Positions 40,050 to 54,869 of a stretch of 64,000 nucleotides of DNA are shown in pieces. The notes beneath the pieces are model-generated. The model was not told where the DNA came from. It searched no databases and worked only from the letters and a program-made list of their open reading frames with translations. The stretch comes from Epiperipatus broadwayi (taxonomy: Eukaryota > Animalia > Onychophora): positions 5,642,001-5,706,000 of the forward strand of contig JAQFVV010000005.1 in the NCBI GenBank assembly GCA_028023455.1, written 5' to 3'. Made by a program: the position numbers and the translations under genes. Position 1 is the first letter of the stretch; every line of letters begins with the position of its first letter.

Positions 40050-41489
40050 ACTATCTTTACAATTAAGCTCCAGGTATATGAAGAACGCCTGTATTTCAAA
40101 TATTGATTTATTATTAATAAATTATTTTTGTAAAACTAATAATACATTTAAAATTAAAAAATAAAATTATTAAATCTTATATTTATTTTAAACTATAATT
40201 ATGGATTAATTCATTTTAATTCAATTTATATGATATTAAAATATAATGTATTTTATATTTGTCATTTTTTTTAGAGTATATAATTCTAAGGAGAAAATGA
40301 GATTTGGACCATTCTAAAGTTGTGTACTTGCTAAAGTATTCCAATAATATATACCTTTTGTTATTATTATTTTGGAGAAGAAAACTAATCTTAATTATGG
40401 ATAGTTCAATACTTATTGCTATATAAAAAAGATAACAATGGTTTAAATTTAAACTTGTTTCTTGAAATCCTAAAAAAGAATTTGCCATGTGTTACAGTAT
40501 TCATTGTATATGAGGAAAGAGATGATAGAGGAAAAAACAAAGGAGGCGCTGTATATCACAAAGAAAAAAGTATTAAATTAATGCTTTAGTAGTGTGGAAA
40601 TGTGATATAATAAAACATATTTAAAAAAATATAAATATTTTTCTATTTAAGTTTAATTTGTTACCCTGAAAACATTATACATGTATTGAAAGCTAATGAA
40701 GGAAGAAAATAAACATTTTGTTAATCTACATATTCTGAATAATAGTCAACTATCAAATATATGTGAGTGATTGTTCTTTACTTCATGCTCAATCACATTC
40801 TTCTTTCCTTCGTGCATAATCTTGTTATTACTTGAGATCTAAAGGTTTTTCTTTAAAAACGTGATGTTAGTAACATGGGTGTTAATTGGTTGAAACGTTA
40901 GGAATTAATACAAAATAATACACAGTTTCACTCAAAAAAATACTTTCAACAGTAAATATAATAGATATAATTTGTATCAAGTAAACAAGAATATATTCTA
41001 AGGCTATTTAAGTGATTCCATTAGAGAATTGTTCATTATTAATTAGACTTATTGTTCCACCAACTAAAAACGATCATGCCATACACCTAGTGGACCGAGA
41101 AGTTTTGCAGAGTCTCAACCAAGTGATATTCCTCATGTTGTGTCAAATTCTTATGTAAAATTGAAATTTAATTCAATTTTTAACCTGCAGAGAATATATT
41201 TCAGATGTAATATCCTCAATGGAAATAAGGAACTAGTTGCAAAGAAAGTAATCTACTAAGAGAAAAGGATAAAGCTTAATTATAAATCTTATTTCTTCAA
41301 TTTGGAGATTTAGCAATTGATAGTATTCAATTCTTATAAATATTAAACGTTTTTTTACATTTTTAATATAAAAAAATCCAGACATATCAGTAGCTTTGGG
41401 ACATAGAAAAAAGATCTCGGTGTGGAGGACTATGATAACAGATGCTTTGAAGAAGCAATTAGATGGAAAAGCAGTGACATTCGCATATA

Positions 41490-41737
41490 TAGTTTCAGTT
41501 ATATTCACTTGCACCGTTTTATTACACTCTTTCCCCTACAGTTTAGATCAGAGATGTGGTGATAACTGAATAGCTAAATATTTCTGGATCGAGCTATCAT
41601 TTCCGATGCTCGAATGCCACAAGATCTCTTGGATAATTAGCCAGTCTATGACTACTTTTTATTTCAATATTTACTATGGTTTTTATGTGAAATAAAGTTT
41701 TTGGGGAAGTGCTTCGAAAACGGTGAAATAGGTAAGT
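41490..41737 (+). promoter_or_regulatory. Possible TSS and non-coding first exon
   Basis: CpG-retaining region. Inr-like TCAGTT at 41495-41500. Consensus donor AG|GTAAGT at 41732. GA-repeat at ~42275-42300. No downstream coding exon identified. Confidence 0.3.
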
Positions 41738-42519
41738 TATGCGTGTGTGTGTCTGTATTTGTTTTCGTATCATTAAATATTCGTTGCCAGTATTATAAAA
41801 GAATGGTAACAATTTTTCATTATAATTATAGTTTATTTAGAACACCTTATTTTTTTTTTGTAACACCTGGGTATTATAAGAATTTGATTTGACATTATTA
41901 GCAATCGTTTTCTTTTTAATATAACGCCCTTTACAGTTCTGTGTATTATAATTTTTGGATTATAAATATCTCATTCCTTTTTTAAAATAAAATATTAAAA
42001 AAAAGATTAGTTTTAATTTTATCTTTTACTTTTGAAAAAAAAAGTTAAAATAATAATTATAATAAAGGTTAATAAGTTTTTTTTATGCCCTCAAGGGTTC
42101 TTTTTTCTGATTACAATATTAAAAACTTGCAGAGATGGCAGGCGGAATACCATTTTTGGAAACTGGAAATTAAAAAAAAAAAAGTATAAATATATAAATA
42201 TTTGTAAACTTCATCATATGAAATCAATGCCAGTTTGAATAAAAACATTCTTTGTTTATTTTAAAATAGATAAAAGAGAGAGCGAGAGAAACAGAGACGA
42301 GGAAAAAAACCTTTAATGCGAAAGATTTTAACTTTGTACCAAAAATAACCGCACATTAACCTCAAAGCGAAACGCAACATTTAGTGCGAGATTGTGTACA
42401 TAAAAAAAAACTAAAGATATATATGGGCCTATTTGGAATATTATTAGAAACATGAATTGACTTTTTAAAGACAAGTTGAAACATAACAAAATAAAAGAAT
42501 TGTTATCGGAAGCCATTTC

Positions 42520-42900
42520 TCTTTCTGGATTATCATTTTCCCCATTATCGACCAGCTGTAAGATAAAGGTCTTTCCGAATTTAATTCAGTTCTTCCGTTC
42601 TGGAACTTTTCTTCTTTACATCATTCCACCAAACTTTCTTATTTCAACCATCTATCTTATACATGGTCATTTTTTAGATCTTTCATAATCATTTGGGTTC
42701 TAATTTATGACTTCAAACTGTCCATCTATTATCATCTTATTATTATTTTTCAATGATTTAATAATGTCTGTTTGTTTTTCACACATGTATTTCACTTTCT
42801 GTTCCTCTTCATTACTCTGAACATACATCTCTTCATATTTCATTATGTGATCTGACTTCTTTGTATTGCTCTTCTGCCATGTGATCAAGTCTCAGTTCCA
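42520..42900 (-). mobile_element. RTE LINE 3' fragment
   Basis: Reverse complement AGATGGTTGAAATAAGAAAGTTTGGTGGAATGATG... matches the family at 60430-60580. Explains ORFs 42476-42688 and 42700-42888. Confidence 0.6.
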
Positions 42901-43200
42901 TGTATAAGAACTGATATAATATACCTATTAAAAGCATCCCTTTTCAAATATCATATTTTACTATTAATTATTTCTACCAAAGGCATTTCAACCAAGTTTT
43001 TGTATATAGCACACAAAAACTAATTGCTTTCACTTTATGTATATATTGTTGAATAGGATTTTGGACTTACTGGCTCAATGCATATGTATTTATTATACCT
43101 ATATTACATTTGTTGAAAATTACTTTATATTTCAATTTAAAGTTGTAATTAATAATTTGGTAAGTGCATTCTCATTGCCTAAGTAATATATATATATATA

Positions 43201-43735
43201 TTAAGGTTATAACATTAACATTAAATGCAACAGTGGGGACCTCAACCCTCTTATCTTTGACCAACTTTTTAATTATATAGGTGAGTCTAAAGGATTTTGA
43301 TTTGAGAGCGTGAAGTTATTAACTACTTCACTGATTAAGTCCACAATTTCTATACAAGCTAATGTAGCGAAATCTTTCGATTTACAGCGAGTCAGTGTGA
43401 AGCTCTTATAATTAGAATGCACTTAACAAATTATTAATTACAACTTTAAATTGTCTTAAAAGATTTCTACTTATAAGAGCTTCACACTAACTCACTGTAA
43501 ATTGAAAGATTTTGCATACGTTAGCTTGTATAAAAATTGTGGAGTTAATCAGTGAAGTAGTTAATAGCTTCATGCTCTCAAATTAAAATGCTTTAGATTT
43601 GTTTATATAATTAAAAAAGTAGGTCAAAGATAAGAGTGGCCACTCTTGTCTTTTAAAGTTGTTAATCTTGTGTTAAGATTTATAGAGGTCCCTACTGTCA
43701 CATTTAGGTGCATAGTTTTAAGATTATAGCCTTAA
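43201..43735. repeat. Fold-back element with ~225-bp inverted arms
   Basis: 43201-43425 is inverted at 43470-43735 (e.g. CTCTTATCTTTGACC / GGTCAAAGATAAGAG). Right arm has an extra ~45 bp. Confidence 0.85.
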
Positions 43736-44269
43736 TCTGTTTTTTTTTTTTTCTATTTATTTATTTGGCATCTAGACTTTTTAAAAAATAAATAAATTTC
43801 ATCAAATATAATAAAAGAATCTCAAGAATTTCCAACTAAGAAGATAGAATACTGATTTAGTATGTACTCATGATCATTTTAAATTCTAAGAACTGCCCAA
43901 AACCCTGCCTGGCATATCCAAGTGATAAATGACATTGATTAACCTACACATGGTTACGATATGACCATTCATTACAAAATCACAATTTTATATCAATAAT
44001 TAAAAAATGTAAATGCTGATAACTTTATTTAATCCTTTAATTTTGATACTGTATGTATAGATTTATCAATCATTAATCATATTTTTTGGTTTATGTTTGT
44101 CTATGATAGATTATTAAATTTTATTTGTGATGTAGATAAATGCAGCAATTATGTGTATTCATTTAATGTATTGATTAGCTTCCAGTAATGAGTAGAGTGA
44201 TCAAATTGATTAACTGCACTATTGGATTTAGAAAAAGATTTTTTTTTTCTTAATTCTTTGATCATTTAA

Positions 44270-44800
44270 AGTAATGTTTTAAGGAGCATCCAGAAAGAAG
44301 TTTGATTTGAGACATGTCTTAAACAGTGATGCTATATCTTAAGTTGGTCATTTCTATAGTTAGAGTGCCAATACATTTATAAGATAAGATTATCCAGAGA
44401 TTTTATTTCCAGTTTAAAAAGGCTGAATATCCACTTACCAATCAGTACTCGATGGATAGGTGAGTTTAACATAGGTCTATTTCCTAGCAAAATTCTTGGT
44501 TTATTTGTAATATCTCCAACTACCAGGAAAATACTCAATTTTAATACACTACATTAGAAGATCTTTCCATAAGATAGAAAAATAAAAGGTAAAATAATTT
44601 TTAAATCTACTTCATTATAAAGGATCTTTCAAAAACTATTTAGAGAAAATTTGATAAAGAGGATAATACTTCTTAGGGCAATCAAATGTCATGGAGATTT
44701 TACCCCCTAGATAAAAATAGATAACAATTTACCATGACAACTGGATAAAAAGGTAGGTTATCTATGTTCTTCACCCAAATAAATTCTATGGGTGGAGCAA
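44270..44800 (-). mobile_element. Possible L2/CR1 C-terminal remnant
   Basis: SLFKTCLKSNFFL resembles the terminal S..FK..LKT.LF motif. Confidence 0.35.
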
Positions 44801-45484
44801 GCAGATTTACTAACTACAATAATAAAAAATTCAATTCTTATATTATTCAATTTTCTGATGTTAGTTCAGCATAATGAAAAGGTTACAATAATATTTATGT
44901 AATTTATCATCTTTGGATCAATGAAAATTTAAAAACAATAGCTATCAGATATTCCCAGATTTTTAAAATATCATATGACCCTTCTAGCTCATTGCCATAT
45001 CCTTAAATGATAGAAACATCTATCTCAGCTGATAGCTTTATAGAAAGCAGTAACATAATTTTCAATTTAAGATTAGGTGGTCATTATTCAATATGGATCT
45101 TTATTTTTATATACATTATGTAACAAGTGTCAAATAATAGTATAAAAATGAATTATGCCAATTAATTCCATATAAAGTATAACAAATAAAGATCATTATT
45201 ATTACACCCAATCGGAGATAAAAACAGATTTAAAAAAATAAATGGAATAAATTCAAAAAAGTTCTAACTAAAATCATCATTGTTGATTATATGATTACAT
45301 TATACAATATGTTATAAATATTTGTATTAGCAATAGGAGAGATTAAAAATTATATTGAAAACTAAAGTGCAGTCTTCATTTTTAAAGTATCTCTCTGATA
45401 TACAGCATGACACACTCACAATTTCTATGCCTGTGATTTAATATATATATATATAAAGTATAAATTAAATATATCTCAATGTAT

Positions 45485-46090
45485 GTGTAAACAAAGGGAG
45501 TAAATCACCCTCTCCCAACATCCTTTCCCCAAGCTATGAATTAAAAGCATTCTAAATGTTTAACAAAGAATTAAGAATAGAATAAACCTATCTTTTCTTG
45601 GGAGTTTCAATGTTTATAAGCATACCTTTATCAATATTGGTGGTAATTCAGAGTAAAATTAATTTATCAGTCAGATAGAATCTGGCACTCTTTGTTTACA
45701 TATACATATACATTGACCTATGTTTAATTTAAAGTTTACATATTAAAGCTTATTTGATTATTACAATCAAGATATTAAAAGAGAGATGCTGTCTCCAACC
45801 TTGTATAATTGATTATAAGTTTAACCCTTTAATGCCATATTCCATCTGGCTGATAAATTAATTCCACTCTGACTTACTAAAAATATAGGCAAAGGTATGC
45901 TTGTAAACATTGGAGTCCTCAAGAATAGTTGGGTTTATTCTATTCAACATTTAGGCTGCTTTTAATTTATAACTTGGGGAAAAGAGTGATTTACTCCCTT
46001 TGTTTATCTATTTATTCTATTCTAGATCTTTTGTTCAACATTTAGACTGCGTTTAATTCATAATCTGGGGGAAAGGGTGATTTATTCCCT

Positions 46091-46092
<2 letters not shown>
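45485..46092. repeat. Fold-back element with tandemly duplicated right terminus
   Basis: 45485-45690 is inverted at ~45830-46010. The terminal ~80 bp is repeated at 46012-46092. Confidence 0.75.
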
Positions 46093-46544
<452 letters not shown>

Positions 46545-46559
46545 GTTGCAAAAGATTAA

Positions 46560-49500
46560 TGTAGACCATATTACATATCATGAGTCTCATTTTCAATTTA
46601 TTGATGTCGTATAAAATGGCTTCTTTTTCAACAATACTAAAAGTTTCTATACACTGGAATGATCAGAATTTAAATTTGCAACATAGTTGTTTGAGGGTGA
46701 TGTTTAGTATTGTTTTTGCTTCATATTGGGGAGATGGGTAGAGCAATGAGTGCACTTTCCAGCATTTATAATTATTTTGGGAGCACAAAAATGAAAATTT
46801 TAATGGATAATAAAGGTTTTAAAAGTTCTTCCCAATATTTTGAGTTTTGAAGTGGTCAGTCTATAGGTATTATTTTACAGATGATCTCTAGAAAATTATG
46901 TTCGATGTTTTTGTAATCTGAATGAATAAATATTGTATAGTTCTAGTCCACTGCAAACAAGTGAATTTTGTAAATGGGTTAATAAAAATGGCTGCTGTAC
47001 ATTTAACCTAAAGAAATTTTCTGCATAGTGAGTAAATGTGATTAGTAAAGGCTTTGGTGAAGAGTATTACTCAGTTAATATGTAAATTTATCAATGACAG
47101 AAATGATAATACACATTGTAGTGTTGCTTATATGAAAGGGAAAACTCAGGAAAGTATTAGGCATTCCTTTAAGGTGTTCTTTAAGAGAGGTTCCAATGTA
47201 TACTTGACATGCACAAGATTTTTCCATATTAAAGACAAGTTTATATTCATTGGTATATTCTAAGAATATCTAAAGAAATAGCAGTATTTGTTTTTTGGAT
47301 TGTAAAAATACTGATACATCATCCATAAAGGCTATACATGAAATGTTTGTATCAAGTCTAGGCACATATATTCCTGATTTTTTTTCTATATTTTTAATTA
47401 GTGAATTAATATATGTGGTGAGAGTGCACTTAGAGGGGATTCCTAAGGGAGCTATGGGATGTAATTGAAGGTGAGGTTTTTCCATTTAGGGTTACATATA
47501 TTTTCCTATTTAGTAAAAGATTTGTGATGATGCATTTTAACAATTCGAATGATTGTGTTGACAAGTAGACTGATTAGTATATTTATTGGAATTTTGCCAA
47601 ATGCAGATTTAATATTTAATTAATGGTTGAACTATATTTTTTGCTGCGTCTGATATAATCTATTGTTGTTTGAATATAAAACTTTTTTGATTGGTTGAGG
47701 AACATTTTTTTGCAAATTGCATGTTTGAAATTTGTGTAAAAAGTATGACTCTATTTTATCTTTGATGACTGATTCTAGTAACTTTATTGGTCTAAGATTT
47801 TGTAGTTCATTCAGTGTTTCTTGTTTTTTAAAAATGGAACTAGGCATCGTATTTTATATACTTCTTTTGTTAAGAAATTTGCTAAGTTTGAAAGATATTG
47901 GGAGGTAAAATGGTTTAGATGAACAAATACAAATCTTGATATTCGATGTATCCCAGGGTGATATGAATCTAGTATTTCATTTAGTTTTTATGTGAATTTT
48001 TTGGTGACAAAACAAACCCTTCTTCAGATGTGCCAAAGCAAGAATGGGGGCAAAAGGTTTAGCTATTTGAAGCTTGGCTTTAAAATATAGATAGATTCTA
48101 CATGTACTCATCACAAATTATTTTATTTTTCACCTTGGGGGCACCTGACCCTAGAACTAGAGTGGAAGTTCCAATGCCCATTTAATATATTGCCTAGACT
48201 ATGTGTGAGGTTGTCTTAAGAGTATTTTTTTAAAATTATTTCTTAAGGGATTGGCATATGGATTTGTAGATATTTTTTAAAACTGATAATTTGGGCTGAT
48301 CATTATCTGTTGAGGAAATAAAGGTAATTTTTTTTTTGTGGATTTTGTCTAATAATCTCATAAGACCTCCAAGTGATGGGATTGATCAGGTGATCTGATT
48401 TTAGCATTGCTACATCTATGACAATTATCTGTTGAAAGCATGCTAAGCACCACAGTATTCTTTATTGTTAATAAAGCTTTTCTCTTAATACAGTTTGTGT
48501 ATATATATATTATATTTGCAGAGATAAAGTGTTCATAAAGTTTACTCATTAGAATATTATATTTACATAAGTAATCCGGGTTTGGACAGGCTCCATTATA
48601 ATATTTTTACTATTGTATAGGTAAATGTAAATTTGAGAAAACAAGGTCTTAGGTGCATGGGAGAAAGGAATATTCTGATGTTTTATTAGTATTTATTATT
48701 GTTCTGTTAGTAATGGTCAGATCAAGTATAATGATTATTGCTGAGTGATCAGAGAAAGATGCGCTTTTAAGAGATATATTAATTATGTGATGTAATGATA
48801 ATGAATAAAATACTATGTAAATCATGGATATAAATCTACCATTATTAAAGAATATTGAATTCATTGATAAGAACCCCTTTCCACTCATTAGTGGAAATGC
48901 TAGAACATTTAGCTAGTTATTAACAAATTTTTTATATAACATATTAAAATCTCCTAATAGAAGCAAGCAAACATGGAATTCATAATAAAAATGTCTTGTA
49001 ATTATCATTGACCCTGGAAGTATATAGACATAATGTTTAATGTTATTGCTTTGTGGTAGAGAATAAGATTAGCATGTATTCATCTGTGCATTCTATTTTG
49101 AAAGAATTGAATATTTTTTTATCAATGATAATACCAGTTCCTGCAGATGGTGTATTTGAGAATTTAGGAACATTGAAAAGTCTTTACCATTCAGATATGT
49201 AGCTGGATCTGTTTGTGATCCACTGTACACTTTGGTTTCAAGTAAATCTAGTAATTGTGGTTGAATAATGTACCATTTACTAAGTTGATAAATTTTATCA
49301 ATTGCATTTATGCCTCTAATATGTTTTACTCATATTTATTTACAGAAAAGATATAAACTAACTTAATAAATATAAATTACTTTATACAGCAATGAAAATT
49401 TTATACTATCTGTTATTTGCTACTGATGTTAGGTTATTTAAACTATTATGGCATTTATAATTTATATTTTTGTAATGGATGTATCATGAGCCTTTATTAG

Positions 49501-50900
49501 ATCAGCTTCATTTTAAAATATGTTATAAATCTTATCACAGATTGCTTGATGAGAACATGATACATTAATCTTTGTTATAGTTTCTAAATCTTCTGTGAAT
49601 GAATCAAAGACAGAGTTTCTATTAGCTAAAGAAGTTTTGACTTGCTTCTTGGAGTTATCAGTCTTTTGTGCTGTACTTTCTTCTTCACTAGTGTCAGTTT
49701 CCAATTCCTTGACATGCTTTTTCTGGGTATGTCTACCTGGTTTGTGATTGGAAAATGTATTGGTAGTTTTCTTTAAGGGTAGGTCATTGGAAGTGGAGTC
49801 CATGATTACTTTATTTATAATACTATTATTGTTATCTGAGTCTATTATTATCAGATTCATATTGTCTGGTATTTTAATTTCCATTTATAGTTGCATTTCT
49901 TTTAATTTAGGGCATTGATGCATGAGAATAGCTCTCATATTACAGTGTACAGTATAGATTAGGGCATGCTCTAATTAGATGTTCATATTCTCTACAGTGA
50001 AAGTATTGAGGTTTTAATCTACATATCACTATAAACAATGTGACCTTTTTATCATAATCTGTGATGGGATTTCATTTAGATCTATATTTCTATTTAAACA
50101 TACTTTGAAGTAGTAATTATTTCCATATATTGGCATTGTTTTATTCTTAAGCAATATCACTTGGAAATTAATAACTTCTCCAAATGGCTCCTTTAATTTG
50201 ATAAGTCATTAATGTTATAATATAAATAAGTGCTTTTTATTAGTCCAGTTATAATATTGTCTCTTAATGGATTTATTGTAATCAAACATATTTATCCAAT
50301 GATTTGAATATGTCACTCATTTTTAAATTTGAATCTAATATATCTAGAATTTGGTCCTCATTTTTAAACTCAAATATAATAGGTCTTAGATTTGAGTGAT
50401 CTTCTATTTATATGATAGATTCCCAAAAATTTTTGGAGCTTATTTGTTCCAACAACAAATCTTTTGGAAATTTATATAAAGAGCATTATTTATCTGTTAT
50501 TATAAGTGCTAGTGATCGGTTGGTGAAAAACCATAAAAACCATTCAAACGAACTGAACAATTAATTCCCTTAGTATTGTTTCATTGAATAATTCTATAAT
50601 ATTTGGAAGTGCTTTCCAAGTTTCATGAGTTTGAAATATTGTTTCCAATGTGAATGGAAAAAGATCCAGTTTTATCATGTCATCAGCGGTGGGTTGATGA
50701 AATCTTGTTATTGAATTTTGTTTGCTTTTATTTAATATAATTATCCTGCTTTTATTATTTCTTCCAATATCTAATTTGCATCTCACTCCCATGTTTGTTC
50801 TATACATGTTCTCTGTGACAGCAGACATCTTTATTTACTGAAGAAAGGAAAAAAATGGAGATTTAATTTCAAAAGCTAATAATCTGAATTTTTTTAAATA
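46560..50900 (-). mobile_element. Decayed, near full-length L1/Tx1-type LINE
   Basis: Endonuclease SFSDHSAI (ORF 48649-48888), RT NLRPIKLLES (47632-47847), APLGIPSKC..IAFMDDVSVF (47270-47485), ORF1-like 50544-50828. Many stops. Confidence 0.8.
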
Positions 50901-51339
50901 TATTGACCAAACAAGCTTTAAATTATTGCTTGATTTAGCTTTGAAACTGAAATTTCAATTTCAAAGTTACAATATGAATTTAAATTATAGCTCAATATGC
51001 ATGGAATATCTATTGATTAATGCATGCAAGTATCCTCATATTTTACCTCTCAAATATAAATGCTAAATCTTCTCCTTCCATCAAAGTCATATCTACACCC
51101 TAAATTCTTAATCCTTTCCCCACTCAATCTCCTGCGATCTTTCCAACCACAATAATTTATGACCTCTAGTATTATTACATATCTTTTCACATTTTCTATA
51201 TATATCTTTTATTTTCCAGGAATTCTAAACTATTTTTAATTTATTTCCATTTCATAAGTTTAATACTTTTATTTTAACTAATTTGTCTATTTACTCCTCA
51301 TAATTATGGACCTGTACGATACTATATATTTATTTTATT

Positions 51340-51600
51340 TATTATATAATATATAGGGTATATGAGCACAGACTTTCACATGACCCCCCCATTTTCCACT
51401 CTATCTCATAACACTGATACACTTGAACTCATATATGTCGAAAAGATAAATAATCACCAATACACGTATTTCATGCTAGACCAGCAATCATCAGTTGGTC
51501 CAAATTATCATCTCTACACACACATGCAATAAGTGCTCAGATATATATTAAGATAGCCAATCTTCATTCTTTAATGAACAGGCTTCAATACACTTTACAT
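51340..51600 (-). mobile_element. Family B hammerhead-bearing repeat, single minus-strand copy
   Basis: Reverse complement of ~2150-2390. Confidence 0.8.
51456..51499 (-). ncRNA. Minimal hammerhead ribozyme motif (family B), core intact
   Basis: Minus strand ACCAA-CTGATGA-TTGCT ggtct AGCAT-GAAA-TACGTG-TA|TTGGT. GUA triplet, ACGT palindrome in stem III, 5-bp stem I. Confidence 0.75.
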
Positions 51601-53941
51601 AAATAAATTTTCTGTTTATTAATTTTGTATGTTGGAAGTTCTTTCTATCCCACCATATGTTTTGTCTACTCAAAATAATCCAATGAATCATAATCTATTT
51701 TCATTCAAGTATTGCAGTTTACCAAACACATTAAATTTGTTTTTAATTTTTTTTTATTAAAAAAGAAATCCACCCCCACTTCTTCTTGAATAGCCTCACT
51801 TGTTGTTACTTTTTTTTTTTATTTCTAGCTAAAAAAATTTGTAATTCCCTGGCCAATATATAATGCTTCACTTTCAAATGTTAAGCAGTACTTCCAAATA
51901 GTTAATCTATATTATACATTACTTGTTTTTAATAACATTTTACCAAACAATTTATTGGTTTACAATTAACTTAGCTGATTATACAAACTTCTTTTGTTTT
52001 CATGAGTCAACATGATTGGGTAAATAATGAAAATTATTGTTGGAAATAGCAAAATCCAAATAGAAAGATTGTTTATTTTTTATAAATTCGATAAAGTGCT
52101 AACTCAGTTCTAAAAAAGATTCTTAAAACATTATATAAATTATCTAGCTTATAACTTAACTATGTAAATATTGAGAAAAGTAATAAACATTAGATGGCAG
52201 TGAGAATCTACTTATTTGACTTGACTTTAAAGTAGAGAGACAGATGTCGCCACTGGCTAATAAAATAAGAGAAAGAAAGTTTATGTAATAATGTTAATGT
52301 TGATATTAATTTCTACTGATAAATCAATGATGCCTGCAGTTACCTTAAATTAAAGTCACTAAAGTAGATAAGTACTAATTTAGTGTCTAATCTGTATAGC
52401 TGTTGGTTTAGGCTCAAGTTGTTGGCTTGAAAAGAATAATAATGATAAAAGATGGTTATTGATTGCATACCATCAGAAAAATTACAATTGCAGTCTTCAC
52501 CAATCAGACATAAGAATTTGGTTGCACTGATATCTAGAGTTTATTTCTTTACACAATACTTATATAGATGGATTTTGAAATAGAGTAAAAAAAAAAAAGA
52601 CATAGGAGTGAATTACATTAATCTAAGATTACTGAAGCTAAAACCTCTAATTCACAATAAATAACAAAAACTCTGGGGAAAAAAGCACATATATGGCTTT
52701 AGAAGAAATCAAACCTCTTCTCCTATAATAGTCTGAATATTGTTGTAAAAGAAAGCATAACATCAAAAAAATACTTTGAAAAATAATGCACTGCAATATC
52801 TGTTATATTATTTCCAAGGTTTTTACTAAATGATATAAATTAGTGAATGGAAGCTCATACTTTGATGGTAATGTTGTATAACTATACAGTATTTACAACA
52901 CATATGCACACACACATAAAGAACACAGAGACTTTTTAACAAATATATACTTATGCTACAAGTTAACTTTAAAATTTACTGTGCATAAACAAATTAAAAT
53001 TATAAACAAAATACTGTACTTTAAAAATATAGAATACAAAGAATGCACATATTCATACCCACATACATGTATTAATGCGTGGATATGTTCAATCAATCCT
53101 ATTCGCTCAAAAAAATATAAAAATAAAACTTATTATTATAAAAACAATTTTGTTTTTCTCTTTTCATTATATTATAAATAAGCTATTAAATATTTTTAAG
53201 CAAATGCTGACTTCAGAATATGATTTTTTTCCCATTTGTAATTAAATTAATGTTTATCACTTTATTTCTAGGATGCACATCACTATTTCTCTTAAACTTG
53301 GTAAAAATTTTATGATAACTAGATTTACATTTTGAATTCATTCCAAATGAAAACTTATAAATTTTTCAGGGGAAACCCCCTTAACACGTGAATTGCTTTA
53401 GTTTGAATGAGTTCTTATGAAATTTGACAACTCATGACCTAGAAAGATCTCTGGAAAAAAGAAAGACCACTGCTATATAAAAAAATATATATTTTTACAC
53501 AACAATTAACATTTTTCGAATTAATTTACAAATTTTAATGCTTTTATTTTTCATTTACTTGAAAAATGGACATAATAAAAATTTGAGCCATGCAAAAAAA
53601 CATATTTCATAAATAAATTTATCATTTTAAATTGCAAATATAGTTCTATAAATTAATTTTCTTACTGTATTTTATAATTTAATTTCTTATTGTCCTGCAT
53701 ACTATTATATGTTAATAGAATGATGGATTCTGGATGTAATACACTCATGGATCATGGCTCCAATTCTATCACCTCTGATTCCCCTACTTTTTATAAATTT
53801 CCAAGCAATAAACCCATTTGATTGTGTTTTTTATTGATTATTTTACTATTATTTTGTATCATTTGTACAATAAGTACATTCATTGCATATCATAATTTAA
53901 TTTTTATTTGATCAGTCTTTCACTTGCAAAATAGAACTAAT

Positions 53942-54041
53942 TGTCAAGCATTAGTGGCTGAGAGGTCAGCACAACTGCCTTACAAGCAGTTGTCCCAGGT
54001 TAGCGGGTTCACTTCCTGGCCGATGCAATGACACATGAAAA
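53942..54041 (+). mobile_element. tRNA-Gly-derived short SINE with 16-bp TSD
   Basis: TGTCAAGCATTAGTGGCTGAGAGG..CTGCCTTACAAGCAGTTG..GGGTTCACTTCCTGGCCGATGCAATGACA then A-run. TSD AAAATAGAACTAATTG at 53928-53943 and 54042-54057. Confidence 0.85.
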
Positions 54042-54467
54042 AAAATAGAACTAATTGATAATAAAAATTGATTCTTGTGTTCATCATTCTAACACTGTCC
54101 TAAAGTATGCATAGATAATATCTTGTTTATTATGGAATAGTTATTCTTTTTCATGCAATTTTTTTTTATTTGAAAGTCAAGATGTAATTATTTTGAAATA
54201 AAATCTTAATGAGGCCTTTCCATTATCAGTTACTGCTATAATAAATAACTTTATAGCTTCCTGGAATGATAGTTTTAACTAGTTTTCATTATCATAATCA
54301 TTAGCAGACACTTATAAATAAATATGGAAGTAATACAATTTTCTTCTTTCTCCTTTCCTTATACACCCGGATCTTATTTTATGCGGATTTTTTTAATGCG
54401 ATTATGAAGTTATGCGATTCATGTTTCTTCTTAATATCTTTGTATGCACTTTTCTTTTATGTGATAA

Positions 54468-54593
54468 AAATTATTAGATCAGAAGTCGAGCTCCGATAAT
54501 GTGCTATTACTTTAAATATTATAAATTTTGCGCACTTACGTCATATTTAAAGTAATAGCGCATTATCGGAGTTCGACTTCCATCTAATAATTT
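54468..54593. repeat. 125-bp hairpin (MITE-like) nested in the Tigger relic
   Basis: 54468-54519 is inverted at 54544-54593. CpGs are retained. Confidence 0.85.
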
Positions 54594-54869
54594 CAATATT
54601 TTCAGTGCTTTATAATAATACTGTAATAGATTTTATACAATAAAGAAGTTCGTAATTCACTTGAAACCAGAATTTCCCCATTTTATATACACACATTAAA
54701 TTTTACAAAATTATAATGTAAATCTGTTCAAACATTATAGATGTCTATATTATGCATGTTGTTGTTTTTGCATTTTAAATCACATTCTATTTTTACTTTT
54801 TTAAAAAAGAGAACATAATCAATTAATCATTTAGTGTCCACAAGTTTATTTTTAAAAGGTGAGTAACAA

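Noticed and set aside
41233-41514. 93-aa minus-strand ORF and overlapping plus-strand open frames
   Set aside because: No recognisable domain, no ATG start and no coherent splice model.
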